A stretch of 63,803 nt of DNA, filler included, from Chrysochromulina tobinii (GCA_001275005.1; 5 parts of 5 records of this genome joined end to end with filler, not necessarily neighbours in it), one strand, 5' to 3'; positions 47,383-59,934 are shown, counted from the first letter of the whole stretch. The notes: generated by a model from the letters alone, not told the origin. Program-made: numbers and translations.

Positions 47383-48141
47383 TCAGACCTGCTGTTGTGT
47401 ATGAAAATCCAGGTCGTGTTCAATTGTAGGCCGCAAGTCAATCCGCCGCGGCAGCAGCCGTGCCCACCAGCCCCATCGAGGAGCATGTGACCTTGCAGGA
47501 GGAGGGCAAGGAGGAGGAGGAGGGCACGGAGCATATTGAGCATCTTGAGCCTCGTTTTGAGGTGCGCAAGTCCCAGCTCTGGACGATCGACGTGCAGGAG
47601 GAGCGCAAGTGCCACCTTGACCGTGCAGCAGCATGTCGACGATCTTCGTAAAGTCTGCCTCCCGCTCCTTGAGGTCGCCCTTGACGCCCAGATTCTCCAG
47701 AGCCTGCTGCGAGAGCCGGATGAGCTCCGGAATCGCAGGGACGCTCCCATAGTGCTTCCTGCACACATCCAGCGTGTTTGCCACCACCTCGGTGAGGAGG
47801 TTGTAGTCCAGCTCTTGCATAGTGTTCGGCCGTAGCACCGTGCCATTGTTTTCCATGCTGCCATCTTTGAACAGGTTTGGAACTCGATGACGCCTGCCAT
47901 GTGCCGCCGAGTTGCGACCACCACGGGGTCGCCAGCTACTGGCCTGAGGTGCTACCTGAGGATCGTCAGCTGCCGCCGGTGCGCCCTCCCCGCAGCAAGG
48001 AACACATTTGGCTTGATCGGATCCCATGATGCGGGCAGACAGCAAAGCCCCAAGATCACGTGGAAGCGAAATTCTGGCCTCTCGCTTGTTCGCGCGAGGG
48101 CGAACGCGAGGGTCGATGAGCTTCCAAGGCTTCCTTGCCAC
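47383..48141 (-). CDS. Hypothetical protein, copy 1 of a recent duplication
   Basis: 252-aa ORF with internal MGSDQAKCVPCC and a helical core ELDYNLLTEVVANTLDVCRKHY..DFTKIVDMLL. Confidence 0.45.
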   Translation of the reverse strand: MARKPWKLIDPRVRPRANKREARISLPRDLGALLSARIMGSDQAKCVPCCGEGAPAAADDPQVAPQASSWRPRGGRNSAAHGRRHRVPNLFKDGSMENNGTVLRPNTMQELDYNLLTEVVANTLDVCRKHYGSVPAIPELIRLSQQALENLGVKGDLKEREADFTKIVDMLLHGQGGTCAPPARRSSRAGTCAPQNEAQDAQYAPCPPPPPCPPPARSHAPRWGWWARLLPRRIDLRPTIEHDLDFHTQQQV

Positions 48142-49052
48142 GTACGTAGCTCGAGCGCACGTGCAAAGGAGAGGTATAGAACAGAACCCAGGGAGGTGCT
48201 GGGACTAAAGAAATGTTTGGAGCCCGCGTCGCACAAGAGTCGTGGAAGAAGTTGTCGTCGCTGGAATCGGTTTCGCACCGCAAGATTCAAAAACGCCGGG
48301 GGGGGGCGGGACACACGAGACAGACACACAGATACCGGTACGATACTGACTCCGCCCACCAGCCCCATCGAGGAGCATGTGACCGTGCAGGAGGAGGGCA
48401 AGGAGGAGGAGGAGGGCACGGAGCATATTGAGCATCTTGAGCCTCGTTTTGGGGTGCGCGAGTCCCAGCTTTGGACGATCGACGTGCAGGAGGAGCGCAA
48501 GCGCCACCTTGACCGTGCAGCAGCATGTCGACGATCTTCGTAAAGTCTGCCTCCCGCTCCTTGAGGTCGCCCTTGACGCCCAGATTCTCCAGAGCCTGCT
48601 GCGAGAGCCGGATGAGCTCCGGAATCGCAGGGACGCTTCCATAGTGCTTCCTGCACACATCCAGCGTGTTTGCCACCACCTCGGTGAGGAGGTTGTAGTC
48701 CAGCTCTTGCATTGTGTTCGGCCGCAACACCGTGCCATTGTTCTCCATGCTGCCATCTTTGAACAGGTTTGGAACTCGATGACGCCTGCCATGTGCCGCC
48801 GAGTTGCGACCACCACGGGGTCGCCAGCTACTGGCCTGAGGTGCTACCTGAGGATCGTCAGCTGCCGCCGGTGCGCCCTCCCCGCAGCATGGAACACATT
48901 TGGCTTGTTCGGATCCCATGATGCAGGCAGACAGCAAAGCCCCAAGATCACGTGGAAGCGAAATTCTGGCCTCTCGCATGTTCGCGCGAGGGCGAACGCG
49001 AGGGTCGATGAGCTTCCAAGGCTTCCTTGCCACGTACGTAGCTCGAGCGCAC
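47462..49052. repeat. Direct duplication of 699 nt (47462-48160 / 48354-49052, offset 892)
   Basis: Near-identical sequence with scattered substitutions. Confidence 0.95.
48287..49033 (-). CDS. Hypothetical protein, copy 2 (C-terminus replaced after RWGWWA)
   Basis: Near-identical to 47383..48141; diverges into repeat-family-C sequence. Confidence 0.4.
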   Translation of the reverse strand: MARKPWKLIDPRVRPRANMREARISLPRDLGALLSACIMGSEQAKCVPCCGEGAPAAADDPQVAPQASSWRPRGGRNSAAHGRRHRVPNLFKDGSMENNGTVLRPNTMQELDYNLLTEVVANTLDVCRKHYGSVPAIPELIRLSQQALENLGVKGDLKEREADFTKIVDMLLHGQGGACAPPARRSSKAGTRAPQNEAQDAQYAPCPPPPPCPPPARSHAPRWGWWAESVSYRYLCVCLVCPAPPRRF

Positions 49053-49219
49053 AGAGCTCTGAGGGTGCAAAAAAGGTGAGGGTGGGATACTAATTGGTTG
49101 GAACCTCCTCGTTCGGGAGTTCGTGGATGAAGTCGAAGTTGGTTACATGTTTAGGTAATGCACCGGTAACAAACACCGATGGACAGGACACATCCGGTTC
49201 ACACACTGCCGGTTCTAAA

Positions 49220-49345
49220 ACACCGGGGGGAGCCGGACACACGAGACAGACACACGAACCACACAAAACCGAACCCACTCAAAACAACCTCAAAACCAAC
49301 CCACCCACCGACTCGCGCGCCAGACCACACCCGAACCCCGGGACG
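49220..49345 (-). repeat. Interspersed repeat family C copy
   Basis: GGACACACGAGACAGACACAC is identical to ~48309-48329 and similar to the reverse complement of ~20090-20230. Confidence 0.65.
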
Positions 49346-49496
49346 CACGCGTCGCCACAAACCGCACCACTCACCCGATCAAGCGCGGTGGTGGTGATGG
49401 AGATGTGGCGACGGCGCCCAGATGAGGGAGCGGCGAGGGCGCGAACCCTATACGGCATAGGTCATGCCTGCAGGTGTGAAGTGGGCGAGACCGAGA

Positions 49497-49716
49497 CATT
49501 CAATTCCCAAACAGGTGTAGGGGTGGGGCCTTATAAACATGAAAAATAGTAGACCACTCCCCCTTGGGTCAACCATTCAATTCCCAAACAGGTGTAGGGG
49601 ACGTGGGGCCTTATAAACATGAAAAATAGTAGGGGGTGGGGCCTTATAAACATGAAAAATAGTAGACCACTCCCCCTTGGGTCAACCATTCAATTCCCAA
49701 ACAGGTGTAGGGGTGG
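49497..49716. repeat. Modular tandem repeat A-B-C-A-B-B-C-A
   Basis: A=CATTCAATTCCCAAACAGGTGTAGGGG x3, B=GTGGGGCCTTATAAACATGAAAAATAGTAG x3, C=ACCACTCCCCCTTGGGTCAAC x2. Confidence 0.9.
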
Positions 49717-49976
49717 AGAGAACTTTGTAACTTACTGAGCTACCTACACATTGGCAGGACCCCCTGAATTGCGGAGGGGGGATTTGAGGGGGATGTCGGC
49801 GTGAGAGTAAGGTGGCATGCGAGAATACCGTCTTTTTTCTGAAAGATGGGGATCACGAGACCAGAGACTCTCGTCCAAGAGGCCCTCACGCCCGAAAAAA
49901 TGGCCGAAGCTCAGCACACCGCGATGGGCACCCGCACACGATCCCCATGCCCTGCCCTCGCCCTCCAAAACGCGCC

Positions 49977-50076
49977 NNNNNNNNNNNNNNNNNNNNNNNN
50001 NNNNNNNNNNNNNNNNNNNNTTAATTAATTAANNNNNNNNNNNNNNNNNNNNNNNNNNNNNNNNNNNNNNNNNNNN
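49977..50076. other. Artificial contig linker
   Basis: N-TTAATTAATTAA-N. Confidence 0.98.
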
Positions 50077-53000
50077 GCCGACCTCCCCTCCACCTCCAGC
50101 CATTCCACCTAGTCGGGTTCGGGTGGAAGCGTTTGTCACCTTAGAGATCAATCCGTCGGGCCTCACGCTGGCGGAGTCGGCAGCATTCGCAACCTTGGCA
50201 ATCAACTGGGCCGTCTCGCGAGTGGCACATGCCGAGCAAATCACCGGCGCCCGGGCAGATGGCGCGGACTTGACACAACTCACCGTGCACGAGGGCAGTA
50301 GGTCCACAATTGCCGTCGCGCTCGAAGATCCGAGCCAATTGGAAGGCCTGCTGACGCCCTTCCAAGCTGCCGGTGATGCGGCCATGTGCGACTTCGCCGA
50401 GGTGACAAGCTGTGAGGTTATAGCAGTGCTGCCGTCCCCGCCGCCGTCGCCACCGCCACCGAGGTTGCCGCCGAGGCCTGCGAATCCGCCTCCGAGGCCG
50501 CCTGCCAGTCCACCTCAGCCCAGGCTGCCAGCGCCGACCGCCATTGGAACCCGCCGCTTGCAGCAAGCGATGCCATCGACGCCATCGCCGCCATCGCCAA
50601 GACTGCCGCCGCAGCCGCCGCCCGCCCCGGCGCCCGACCCGCCAGACCCGCCGAGCTCGCCACCACTGTACTACCACTTCCTCAACCTCCAAGTCGATCG
50701 ATCCTTTGTTGCCAGTGGAGACGTTCTCGATGCGACCACCGGTCCAGAGAGGCTCAACGCGGCAGTCGCGGAGCTGAGCTCGGTGACGTGCCCTACGACG
50801 GCCTTTAGCTGCCCGACCGCAACCTTGCGCAACAGCTCCATCGAGGCTTCAGCTCTCACGGGACTCCGCGCTGACGTGAGCATCGCAGTGATGGCCAGCA
50901 ACGTGCGTTTGGCCAACGGCGTGGCTGCGGACCTTTTCGTGACGCTCATGGATACCTCTGATCTCATCGCGAGCCTCTCTGATGCGACCGGCGTGCAAGT
51001 GAGCGTCTCCGTATCTTCGCTGTATGCCCAGTACATGCATCCGCGTCTCGGCCTCATCACCATCCGGGGCAATCTTCCACCCCCACCGCCAGCGCCCGAT
51101 GCGACCGCCGCAACCATTGACGCGGTCACGGCTGCTGTGACAACTGTGGTTGCTGCTGCCGTGGCTGCAGCGGTTGCAGGAGCCGTGGGCGGTGCCGTGG
51201 GTGGCGCCGCGGGAGGTGCTGGTGGTGGCGGTGCTGGTGGCGGTGCCGGTGGCGGCGTGGCGCCGCTCATCTTTGGAGTGCAGCGCTTCAGCGCGTCCTC
51301 TGGGCTGGCCGCCAACCAGAGCGAGTTGCAGAGCGGAGTAGCTGATGGCATGGGATGGGCCTCGGGGTCCTTTGGCGCCTTTGGCGGCGACGGCGGCGGC
51401 AGCGGCAGCAGCCGGCGACGGCTATCAATCTGGCTGGCACGTCGGTTGGTCGACCTGAGTGAGAATGCAACCAGCAGTGACGCGGACATCAACGGGAGCA
51501 ACACAGACGACTCTCTGGACTGCGTCGATTGGGGTCGGCGGCGTCTCGCCGACGGAGGCGGTGGGGAGGGGGGATCGGCAATAGAGTGTGGCGAGGACGC
51601 GCCGGACACGCTGGCTGCTCTCATTGACAACCTAGTGACGTTCGTCATGGCCATGTCGCTCGTCACGTCCATCCAAGTGGGCGCGCAGATCTACTGGAAG
51701 AAGCGCATGAACAAGAAATACTACGAGGAGAAAATGAACGAGCCGGACAAGTTTGCCATGGGCAAGGCCTCCCCATTCAAGCCGCTTCCCGCCGTCTTCG
51801 TCTTTCCAAGCATGCAGAATCTGGTCATGTCAATCTTCATCACCGGGCTGGTCGGGAAGTCCATAGAGCTCCTGCTGGACACGTCGATCACGTGCACCAT
51901 AGCCGAATGCCGCTGGCCGGGTCTCGTCATCCTCGCCGTCGTCGGGCTGTTCTTTCTATCGGGCTTCGTGACGCTGCTTCACTTTTGGCGGTATTACTCT
52001 GCGGACTCATGGGAGTGGTTCGAGCCTGCGGATCTGTCAGAGGTGGATGATCCGGCGTACTGGCTGGTCTCGAAGGTACGCCTTAGGTGCTGTCCAGAAA
52101 GAATCCGAGGCAAGAGGTTCAACCTGATGAATCGCGTACGCGGCGACTGGACCAAGTCCAAGGAAGACGTCGTGGAGCCCGACCGCACAGAGCGACTTCT
52201 CGCCCATCCAGTGGTGCTCCTCCGCCCACGTGCAGGAGATGCAATCGACGGCAATAAATTGCTCTGGCTCAACCGCGCCTCGGGTAGCTACGGAATCAGC
52301 GGCATCTTGTACGAGTGGCTGCTGCTCCTCATTCAGCTGAGCATCGCGATTCTCACAGGCATCGGCCCTCGCATCGAGCCGGGCTCTCCGGAGGCCGACG
52401 CGCAGATGTTCGCGGTAATCTGCCTGCAATATGGCATTGCCGTGTACACGATGTTTGGCGGCCCGTCCGCCGACCGCATCGACAACTTTGTCATCACCGC
52501 GCAGTACCTGACAGAGGGTACGTGCACGCTCCTGCTGCTCGTGTCGGGTTTCCCCGAGCTGTTCGACCTCCAGCCGCTGATTCAAATGGCTGTCTTCTTG
52601 CTGCTGCTATTTGGGATGTTCATTCCCATCCTTGAGAAAGGATACGAAGCCATCGTGGTGCAGCTGATCAGATGTGTGTACAACATGAAAGGGATGTCAG
52701 TCACGGAATGCTGCATCGCCATCGTAGGCTTCCTTGCGGTCATCCCTAGCATGCTTGCGGCGCTGATAGGCATGGATACCGGGGATGGCCTCTTGGAGAC
52801 GTTTCTGGACGAAGGGGTCAACGCTGCCGCGTCCGTGGCGGAAGAGGCCGAAGCCATCGCTGCTGTTATGGACAACCTTCTGTTCAACATGCGTCAAAAG
52901 TATGCGGCTAGCAAGTTCAACGTCGCGGCCAGAAAGCGATACGGGAAGAAGCAGAGAGCGGCCACGAAAGTTCAATCCAAGGTCCGGGGTCACCAAGTGC

Positions 53001-54766
53001 GCACCAAACAGCGGTGGCAGGGCGCCGGACAAAAGCCTCTCGCAGCCGTCCTGATCCAAAGGGCCTTCCTGACCAAGAGGAACCTGAAACGCGAGGGCGT
53101 CTCGCTGAGAAAGGTACAGATGAATCAGATCCGGTACAGGACGGCCTTGAAATCACGCGTGGGCATTGGCTCGCACTGGACGAAGGTCGGTCCTCAGAAG
53201 CCCACGGCGGGCTCTGAGATCTTTAGCAAACGACTCGAAGCTGCCTTGCGCACGAAGCAGGAGTTCAGCGACGAGGAAATTGCCACATTTGAAGTGCTCC
53301 TCAGGATTGACAGCTTCATCAAGGTGGATGAGCAGTACTTTGAACAAGCTGGAGGCGGCCAGGCAGCAGGTTTAGTCTCGAACGCTAATGGTTCACTTTC
53401 TACAGAACCAGCTTCGTTAGAAAAGCGACGTATCGGCACATCCAGACGTGGACGTCAGGCGAAGAGAAGGATGGCCGGAGAAGATGAGTGGGGCTCTTCC
53501 AGCTCCTTCGGCATCTCGAAAGCTTCGAGTCCGAATTCCAAACAACCACCAGGCCGATCTCTGCTCGAAGACGTGCACGCGGCAACGGAGCCGGCGGAAG
53601 CAGAGACGGCGGTAGTGGAGCCGGTGGCAGCGCAGACACGATCACCGCTCTCGATCTTCGGGCGTACCAAGCGAACGGTGAATCCGAGCGATGACCGTGA
53701 AGCGCTGCTACCCAGCGGCACCAGCTCAATCAATGAGGCAGGGATTGCAGCTGCTTACGGGCCGACAACGCCGCCGTCGCTGCTTGCAGCAAGCAGCGTA
53801 GTTCCGGCGGCAGTGGAGCCGGTGGCAGCCGTCACCGAAGCCACCTTCGCCTCGCCCGCGGTCGAAGCCGCAAGGGAGGCGGCCGCGAGGGAGGCGGCCG
53901 CGAGGGGCGACCTCGCTTTCCTGGCGTTTGTGACAGATCCGAAAGCCGCTGTTGCTGTTGCCGCTTTGCTCGCCTGGGACAAAAGCGGCGCGTCCGAGAT
54001 GGAGGTGGCGCTCGCACAGGAGCACCTTGAGCGTCAGAACACGGAGGCCGCCACCCTTACACGGCAAAAGTTCGCTCAGAGCGAAAGGCTCAAGAGATTG
54101 GAAGAGGAGGCGGCCGCAGCCGTGGAGGAGCTTGAGGCCGCCACGGCCGAGACAAGGGAAGCGGCCGCGAAGGAGGCGGCCGTTAGGGGCGACCTCGCTT
54201 TCTTGGCGTTTGTGGCAGATCCAAAAGCCGCTGCTGCTGCCGCTTTGCTCGGTGTCGGCGTTGTCAGCGAACGGGACATGTCTCTGGTCGACTTCGGTAC
54301 TTGGGACGCTAGCCGGGACTCTATCAGCTCCTCCGAAGTGGAGATGCGTCCAGGGATGCAGTGGCTGGTTGAGAACATGAACAGGACCGCGTTGATGTTT
54401 GACGCTGATGAGTATGACAATGACGAAGATGGTATGAGCGTCGCATTGCCAGAGCAGCATCCAGATCGTAACCAAGCGTTAGTGCCAAATCTCGTGTACC
54501 GTTTCGAAACGGTACAGGAGCGGGTAACTCGGGCGCGCGCTTCGCTGCCCAGCGGGCTGCCCAAGTCAGTTCCTGGGATCTACGGTGCCGGTGCTGCCAA
54601 GTCCCTTGGCAAGCGCCCTGGCAAGCTGCCTCCAGGTCTTTCCCCAGGTCTGTCGGCTGTGTTCCCTGCCACGAGCCTCGTTAAAGACGTCCGTCGCTGT
54701 GGGGGAGGCGCTGAGTCAAGCTCGTTTTCGGAGCCTGAAAGGAATGACTTCATGGACCATGTGTGA
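50077..54766 (+). CDS. 5'-truncated large multi-pass membrane protein with Pro-rich ectodomain and IQ motifs
   Basis: Uninterrupted ORF of >1547 aa; SPPP tracts and RRL motifs; several hydrophobic helices; IQ motifs ATKVQSKVRGHQVR and AVLIQRAF; duplicated AARGDLAFLAFVxDPKAA. Confidence 0.85.
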
Positions 54767-55097
54767 TGTACGTGAGAGAGAAGTGGAGCGCAGGGCTAGC
54801 GGGGTTGCTCGGCAATTGTTGCTCGGGCTACTACTTGTAGGTGGGAGTCTTGTAGGTGGCTCCGGGTAGGGAGCACGCAGCACCGGAAACAACGCAATTG
54901 CACGGAAAACATATCGCTCATATGCTCAACCCGGACTTTGCTCAACCCGGACTTGCCATAACGTCACAAACTAAGTCCTACCGCGTGACGCCCAAAGTTA
55001 CGCGGCTATGAACTCAACGTGAAGGTGTCGACATTGGATGTCGATCACATGGGACGGTATCCATCATGGAACCAATGCATGGAACCAGATCTGGGGG

Positions 55098-55226
55098 ATG
55101 CGGAGGAGCCCTGAGTATGGGGATCCAATGTGGGGATCTCTCCGCCGTTTGGGGTGGATGGGGTTCCCCGGGGGGAAAGCCTCATAGGCACCCTGTGGGG
55201 AAACGGAATGAGCTTGTATGCTGCTC
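55098..55226 (+). repeat. Interspersed structured repeat family A, copy 2
   Basis: See 18411-18526. Confidence 0.85.
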
Positions 55227-55482
55227 GCCCGGCTGCTCGTTTACTGGTTGAGCAGGTACCTCGAAAACCTCGACTGAAACTCTTCATTCACTGCAAACAA
55301 TGAACAAACTTCGTTCACTCCTACTCAAAGCGAGTTATAAACAGCCCCCTCCCCTCCACAACACCTAATCCTTTTTCCCTAGATTTCTAACAGCCAGTTC
55401 ACACACAAAACGACGCCCAGGGCGGCGCGGCCGTGAATTGAACAGCCTGGCGGCGCCCGATTTGTGGCGCGCGTCGTTCGCA

Positions 55483-58400
55483 ATGCCGCAAAAGCGCGGA
55501 CGCGAGGCTGCCGAGGCCGAGGACGAGACGGGGCAGAGGCGGCGCGGCGAGGTGACACCCCAAGTATTCACGCGGAGAGACGATGGCGACGAGGAGGAGG
55601 AGCTTGACGGCGGCACGGTAGCGCCGCCAAAACACACGGACGACGACGAAGAGGAGGAGCTTGACGGTGTCGTCGTCGGGCCGCTCGAGGCTCAGCCGAA
55701 CATGGATCAGAGCGCCTCGAATGCCGACAGTGCCAGAATAGCCAGCGATGATGCAGCCGACAGAGGTGCGGTTCCGTCGGCTGCCGAACGTGTCGGCGCG
55801 GCGGCTGGGCGCGGCGTCAAGCGCGCGGCGGAGGACGAACCGGAGGGCGACCCCGCGAGCACAGCCCCCCTGCTCAAGTGTCACCTCGCCCTGGGCCGAG
55901 AGCAGGCGGCGCGGCGAGGAGACACCCCAAGCATCATGCGGAGAGACGATAGAAGCAGAAGCAGAAGCAGAAGCAGAAGCAGAAGCAACGACGAGGAGGA
56001 GCTTGACGGCGGCACGGTAGCGCCGCCAAAACACACGGACGATGTTGAAGAGGAGGAGCTCGACGGTGGCGTCGTCTTCGCTGCCGTGCCAACTGCTGCC
56101 GTGAAGGCAGAAGCAGCCAATGACGAAGACGAAGAGGAGGAGCTCGACGGTGGCGTCGTCTTCGCTGCCGTGCCAACTGCTGCCGTGAAGGCAGAAGCAG
56201 CCAATGACGAAGACGAAGAGGAGGAGCTCGACGGCGGCATCATGGCGGCGGATCTCTTCGGGCTGGACAATCCAAACTACGAGAAGGCCGACGTGCGCTC
56301 GCAGTGGCTGCCACCCGAGCGCGTGGCAGGCGGCCGCGTCACGTGCACGAAGCGTGCTGTCGCAAAGCGAGCTGCGCCGGCGCCAGCGCCTGCGCCTGCT
56401 GTCGCAAAGCGAGCTGCGCCGGCGCCGGCGCCTGCGCCTGCCAAGCGGGCACACAGCATGCCCGCCCCGCCCGCGACTCGCGAGGCCCGAATTCTGACCG
56501 CCTTTGAAATGGAAACGGGTGGCGGCGATGAGAGCGGCTTTGCTGCTGCGGCGGCGCAGGCGCCGCCGAGCAGTGCGGCGAGCGCCTTCTCGGCGTCGAT
56601 GTCCGGCGGCTCGATTGCGGCGCGTATGATGGCCAACATGGGCTTCAAGGCGGGCGCAGGTCTTGGGCGCGAGCAGCAAGGCGTCACCGCGGCCATCGAC
56701 GCGAGCGGCCAGAGTGACACGCGCCAGGGGCTCGGGTTTGAGGGCTTGAGCGGGCAAGGATGGAACATGGCGCAGGCGAAGGCGGCGCCGCTGGGAGATG
56801 AGGAGCTCGACCCGTGCCCCAAACCGCTGTGGATGGGCTCGAGCGCAGAGGGGCCGCCTGACGCGGACACGCTTCGCCGATGGCTAGTCGAGGGGCCTCG
56901 CATCGAGAGCATCGACAATGAAACAGAGCACTGCGAGCCGGCGGTACTACGCGCGATGCTACAGCGCAAGTCCGCCCTGGACCACATCCCACACGACGCG
57001 CGCAAAGCGTTCAACGACGCGCGCACACGCGCCAACCCCTTCGAGGCACTCAAGAAGGTAAGTGCCGCTCGGACTTCCTCCGATGGGCCTCGGATGTCCC
57101 TCTGATGGCCCTCGGATGGCCTCTGATGACCCTCGGATGTCCCTCTGATGGCCCTCTGATGGCCTCTGATGACCCTCTGATGTCCCTCTGATGGCCCTCT
57201 GATGACCCTCGGATGACCTCGGATGGCCTCGGATGGCCCTCGGATGGCCCTGATGGCCTTCTGATGGCCCTCTGATGGCCCTCTGATGACCCTCTGATGG
57301 CCCTCTGATGGCCCTCTGATGGCCCTCTGATGGCCCTCGGGTGGCCCTCCTTTGGCAGGAGTTCTTCATCAACCGCGCCGCACTCAAGATGGCCGCGATG
57401 GACGCAGCTCTCGGGCTTCGCCTCTCTGGAGCCGACGCGGCCGCCCAGGAGGGGGATGGTGGTCTCATGCGCTTCTCCGAAGAGTCCCTCGCCGCATCAG
57501 TGGCAGCCTTCCAGGCGACAATGGCGGGAGCGTCTACTTCGTCCATCCCGCGCCCCGCGCCCTCCCTCTTGTACTTTGGAGACGTCGCTGCCGGACCTGG
57601 CGGCTTCTCAGAATGCGCGCCACTGATTATCACTGATTGCCACCGATTGCCACTGATGACCTGGGGGCGTCTCCGAGTGCGCGCGCAGGTACATGCTCTG
57701 GCGTCGCGGAGGTGCGGGCAAAGGCTTTGGCTTCACTCTGCGTGACGGAGACCACGGAGACCACGACTTCGAGACTCATCGGTTCTACCACCGTGCGCCT
57801 CCGGAGTGCTTCCATCCATACTACGGGCCGCGTGATGACGGCGACCTTTTTTTGCTCGGACAACATCCGCGCGCTCGCGGACCTTGTGCGCCGCCAGGAC
57901 GCAGGGGCAGATGCTGCACGTGATGATGGCCGACGGCGGCTTTGACGTGAGCGGCCTCGAGAACATCCAGGAGGTGATGAATAAGCAGCTTCTGCTCGCG
58001 CAGATTGTGTCTGCACTCGCCACCTTGCGCGTTGGCGGCCACTTTGTCGTCAAGTGCTTCGATCTGTTCACACCGTTCTCGGCGGGGCTTCTGTACTTGC
58101 TGCACCGAGCCTTCGATAAAATCTGCCTGTACAAGCCCGCGCAGTCGCGGCCGGCTAACTCGGAGCGGTACATCATATGCGACGGAATGCGAGCCGGCGT
58201 CGAGCCACTCGTCGAGCATCTGCTCGAGGTGTGATGGCCATCGAGTGTGAATCGTGATAGCCATCGAGTGTGAATCATGATGGTCATCGAGTGTGAGTCA
58301 TGATTGCCATCGAGTGTGAGTCATGATTGCCATCGAGTGTGAGTCATGATTGCCATCGAGTGTGAGTCATGATTGCCATCGAGTGTGAGTCATGATTGCG

Positions 58401-59934
58401 AAAGATCGTCCTCAGGCTCCGAGGGTAATTGCAAATGTAATTGCAAACGATCGCCCCGGACCGCCGCCCTGATCAGGTGAACACGCGGCTCGAGCACCTG
58501 AAGCCAGATTGGCCGTGCGGCGGGCGCAAAGGCGCTGCCGGCCGCGGCGCGGGCGAGGGCTGCTTGGGCAACCTCGACGTGCTGCGTCTCGTGCCCTACG
58601 AGGTGCTCACCGACCCCACGAGCCCGTTCGGCACGTACCTCGAAGAGAGCAACAACCGTCTGGGCGCGCTGCAGTCGCGTGCTCTCGAGCGCCTCATAGC
58701 ATACATGCGCGAAAAGGGCTCGCGCATCTGCGACCACGCCGCCGCACGTGACGACTGCTTGCTCGCGTGGAGACTGCCCCCTGAGGTGCCGCCGCGGCCA
58801 CCCGCGCATCCGAACATCGAATCCTTTTTCGTGTACGAGGTCGAGAAAGGCGACCCTCTGCAGCGTCACTTCGTTGCGGACCAGCACGCCGCGCTGTCGG
58901 CTGCGGACTTGCAAGTGCTCGGGGCCCAGTCGCGCCTTCGGACGACCTCTGATTGGATCGTCTTCGAAGCGAGTTCCGACACCCCGCCGTGCTTGGTCCT
59001 CGGGGCGGACGGCGACGGCCAGCGCGGCGCTGTTTGCGTCTTCGAGCCCCTCGTGAATTCTTGGAGGCTGATCAGAGGTATGCGGCTGCCGGCGGCTACT
59101 CTGCTCCTCGCCGAGATTGTCTTCGAGCGCCTCGCCGGCTACGAGGGACCGCCTACGGAGTGCGTGCACGTGCTCGACGCGGCCATGATCTGCGGCGATG
59201 ACGTGCGCCGACTCCCGTACGCTGAGAGACGCCGACGGATCGAACTGCTCGTCGAGGCGATCGCCACTGACCCGCTAGTGGAAGCGCAACGTCCCATCGA
59301 TCGGTCCGACCTCGAGCCCGTCGACCCGTACGCCACAGCCAAGCGCCAACGCACCAACGAATCAAAGGCCAAGGGCTCGGAGGAGCAGCAGCAGCAGCAG
59401 CGGCCTAAAAGCCGCTTTGCACCCCCCGATGGTCACGACGGCGTGCGGGTACGCCTCAAGCCTGAGTACCGCCTCCATCAGATCTCAGAAGCGCTCGGCA
59501 CGGCGCGCGAGCGGGAGGAGCGGAAGGGCGCGTCGGCGGTAGGCGCCGTGGTAGGCGCCGGCCGCGCCGAGGGCGGCGGCGCCAACGCAGGTGGCGGCGG
59601 CGCAGCGGCGTCGGCGTCGTCGGCTGCGGCGGGGGTCTGGTGGCCGTGCCGCGGATTGCTCCTTTTACCTGGGCACGCGTCGCCGCTGCTGCCACTCGAA
59701 CCCGCGGGTGAGTGGAAGCGCGAGTTCTCCAAGAGTCAGCAGAAAGAGTACTACTTCAACGCGCGCACGGGCCAGTCGATCTGGGCGGAGCACCGCAAGG
59801 CGAGACCGATCTCGTTCCGATCGAGTGCGTCGGCGATGCTGCGCTGGGAGAGACGCTCGACGACGCTGCCCGAGGCTGAGCTGCTTAGGCTCGCGCAGGA
59901 GATTCCGGAGCCCCCACCTCCGCGGGTGTGGTAG
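55483..59934 (+). CDS. CMTR1: Cap-specific mRNA 2'-O-methyltransferase 1 (G-patch, RrmJ-type MTase, GTase-like, WW); introns 57058-57358, ~57613-57688, 58229-58476; two apparent frameshifts
   Basis: G-patch MMANMGFKAGAGLGREQQG; RTRANPFE..FFINRAALKMA; GDVAAGPGGFSE; MADGGFDV..ENIQE; VKCFDLFT; KPAQSRPANSERY; WW domain WKREFSKSQQKEYYFNARTGQSIW. Confidence 0.93.

Noticed and set aside
49497..49716. CRISPR array
   Set aside because: The intervening sequences are themselves repeated, there are no unique spacers and no cas genes; the context is eukaryotic.
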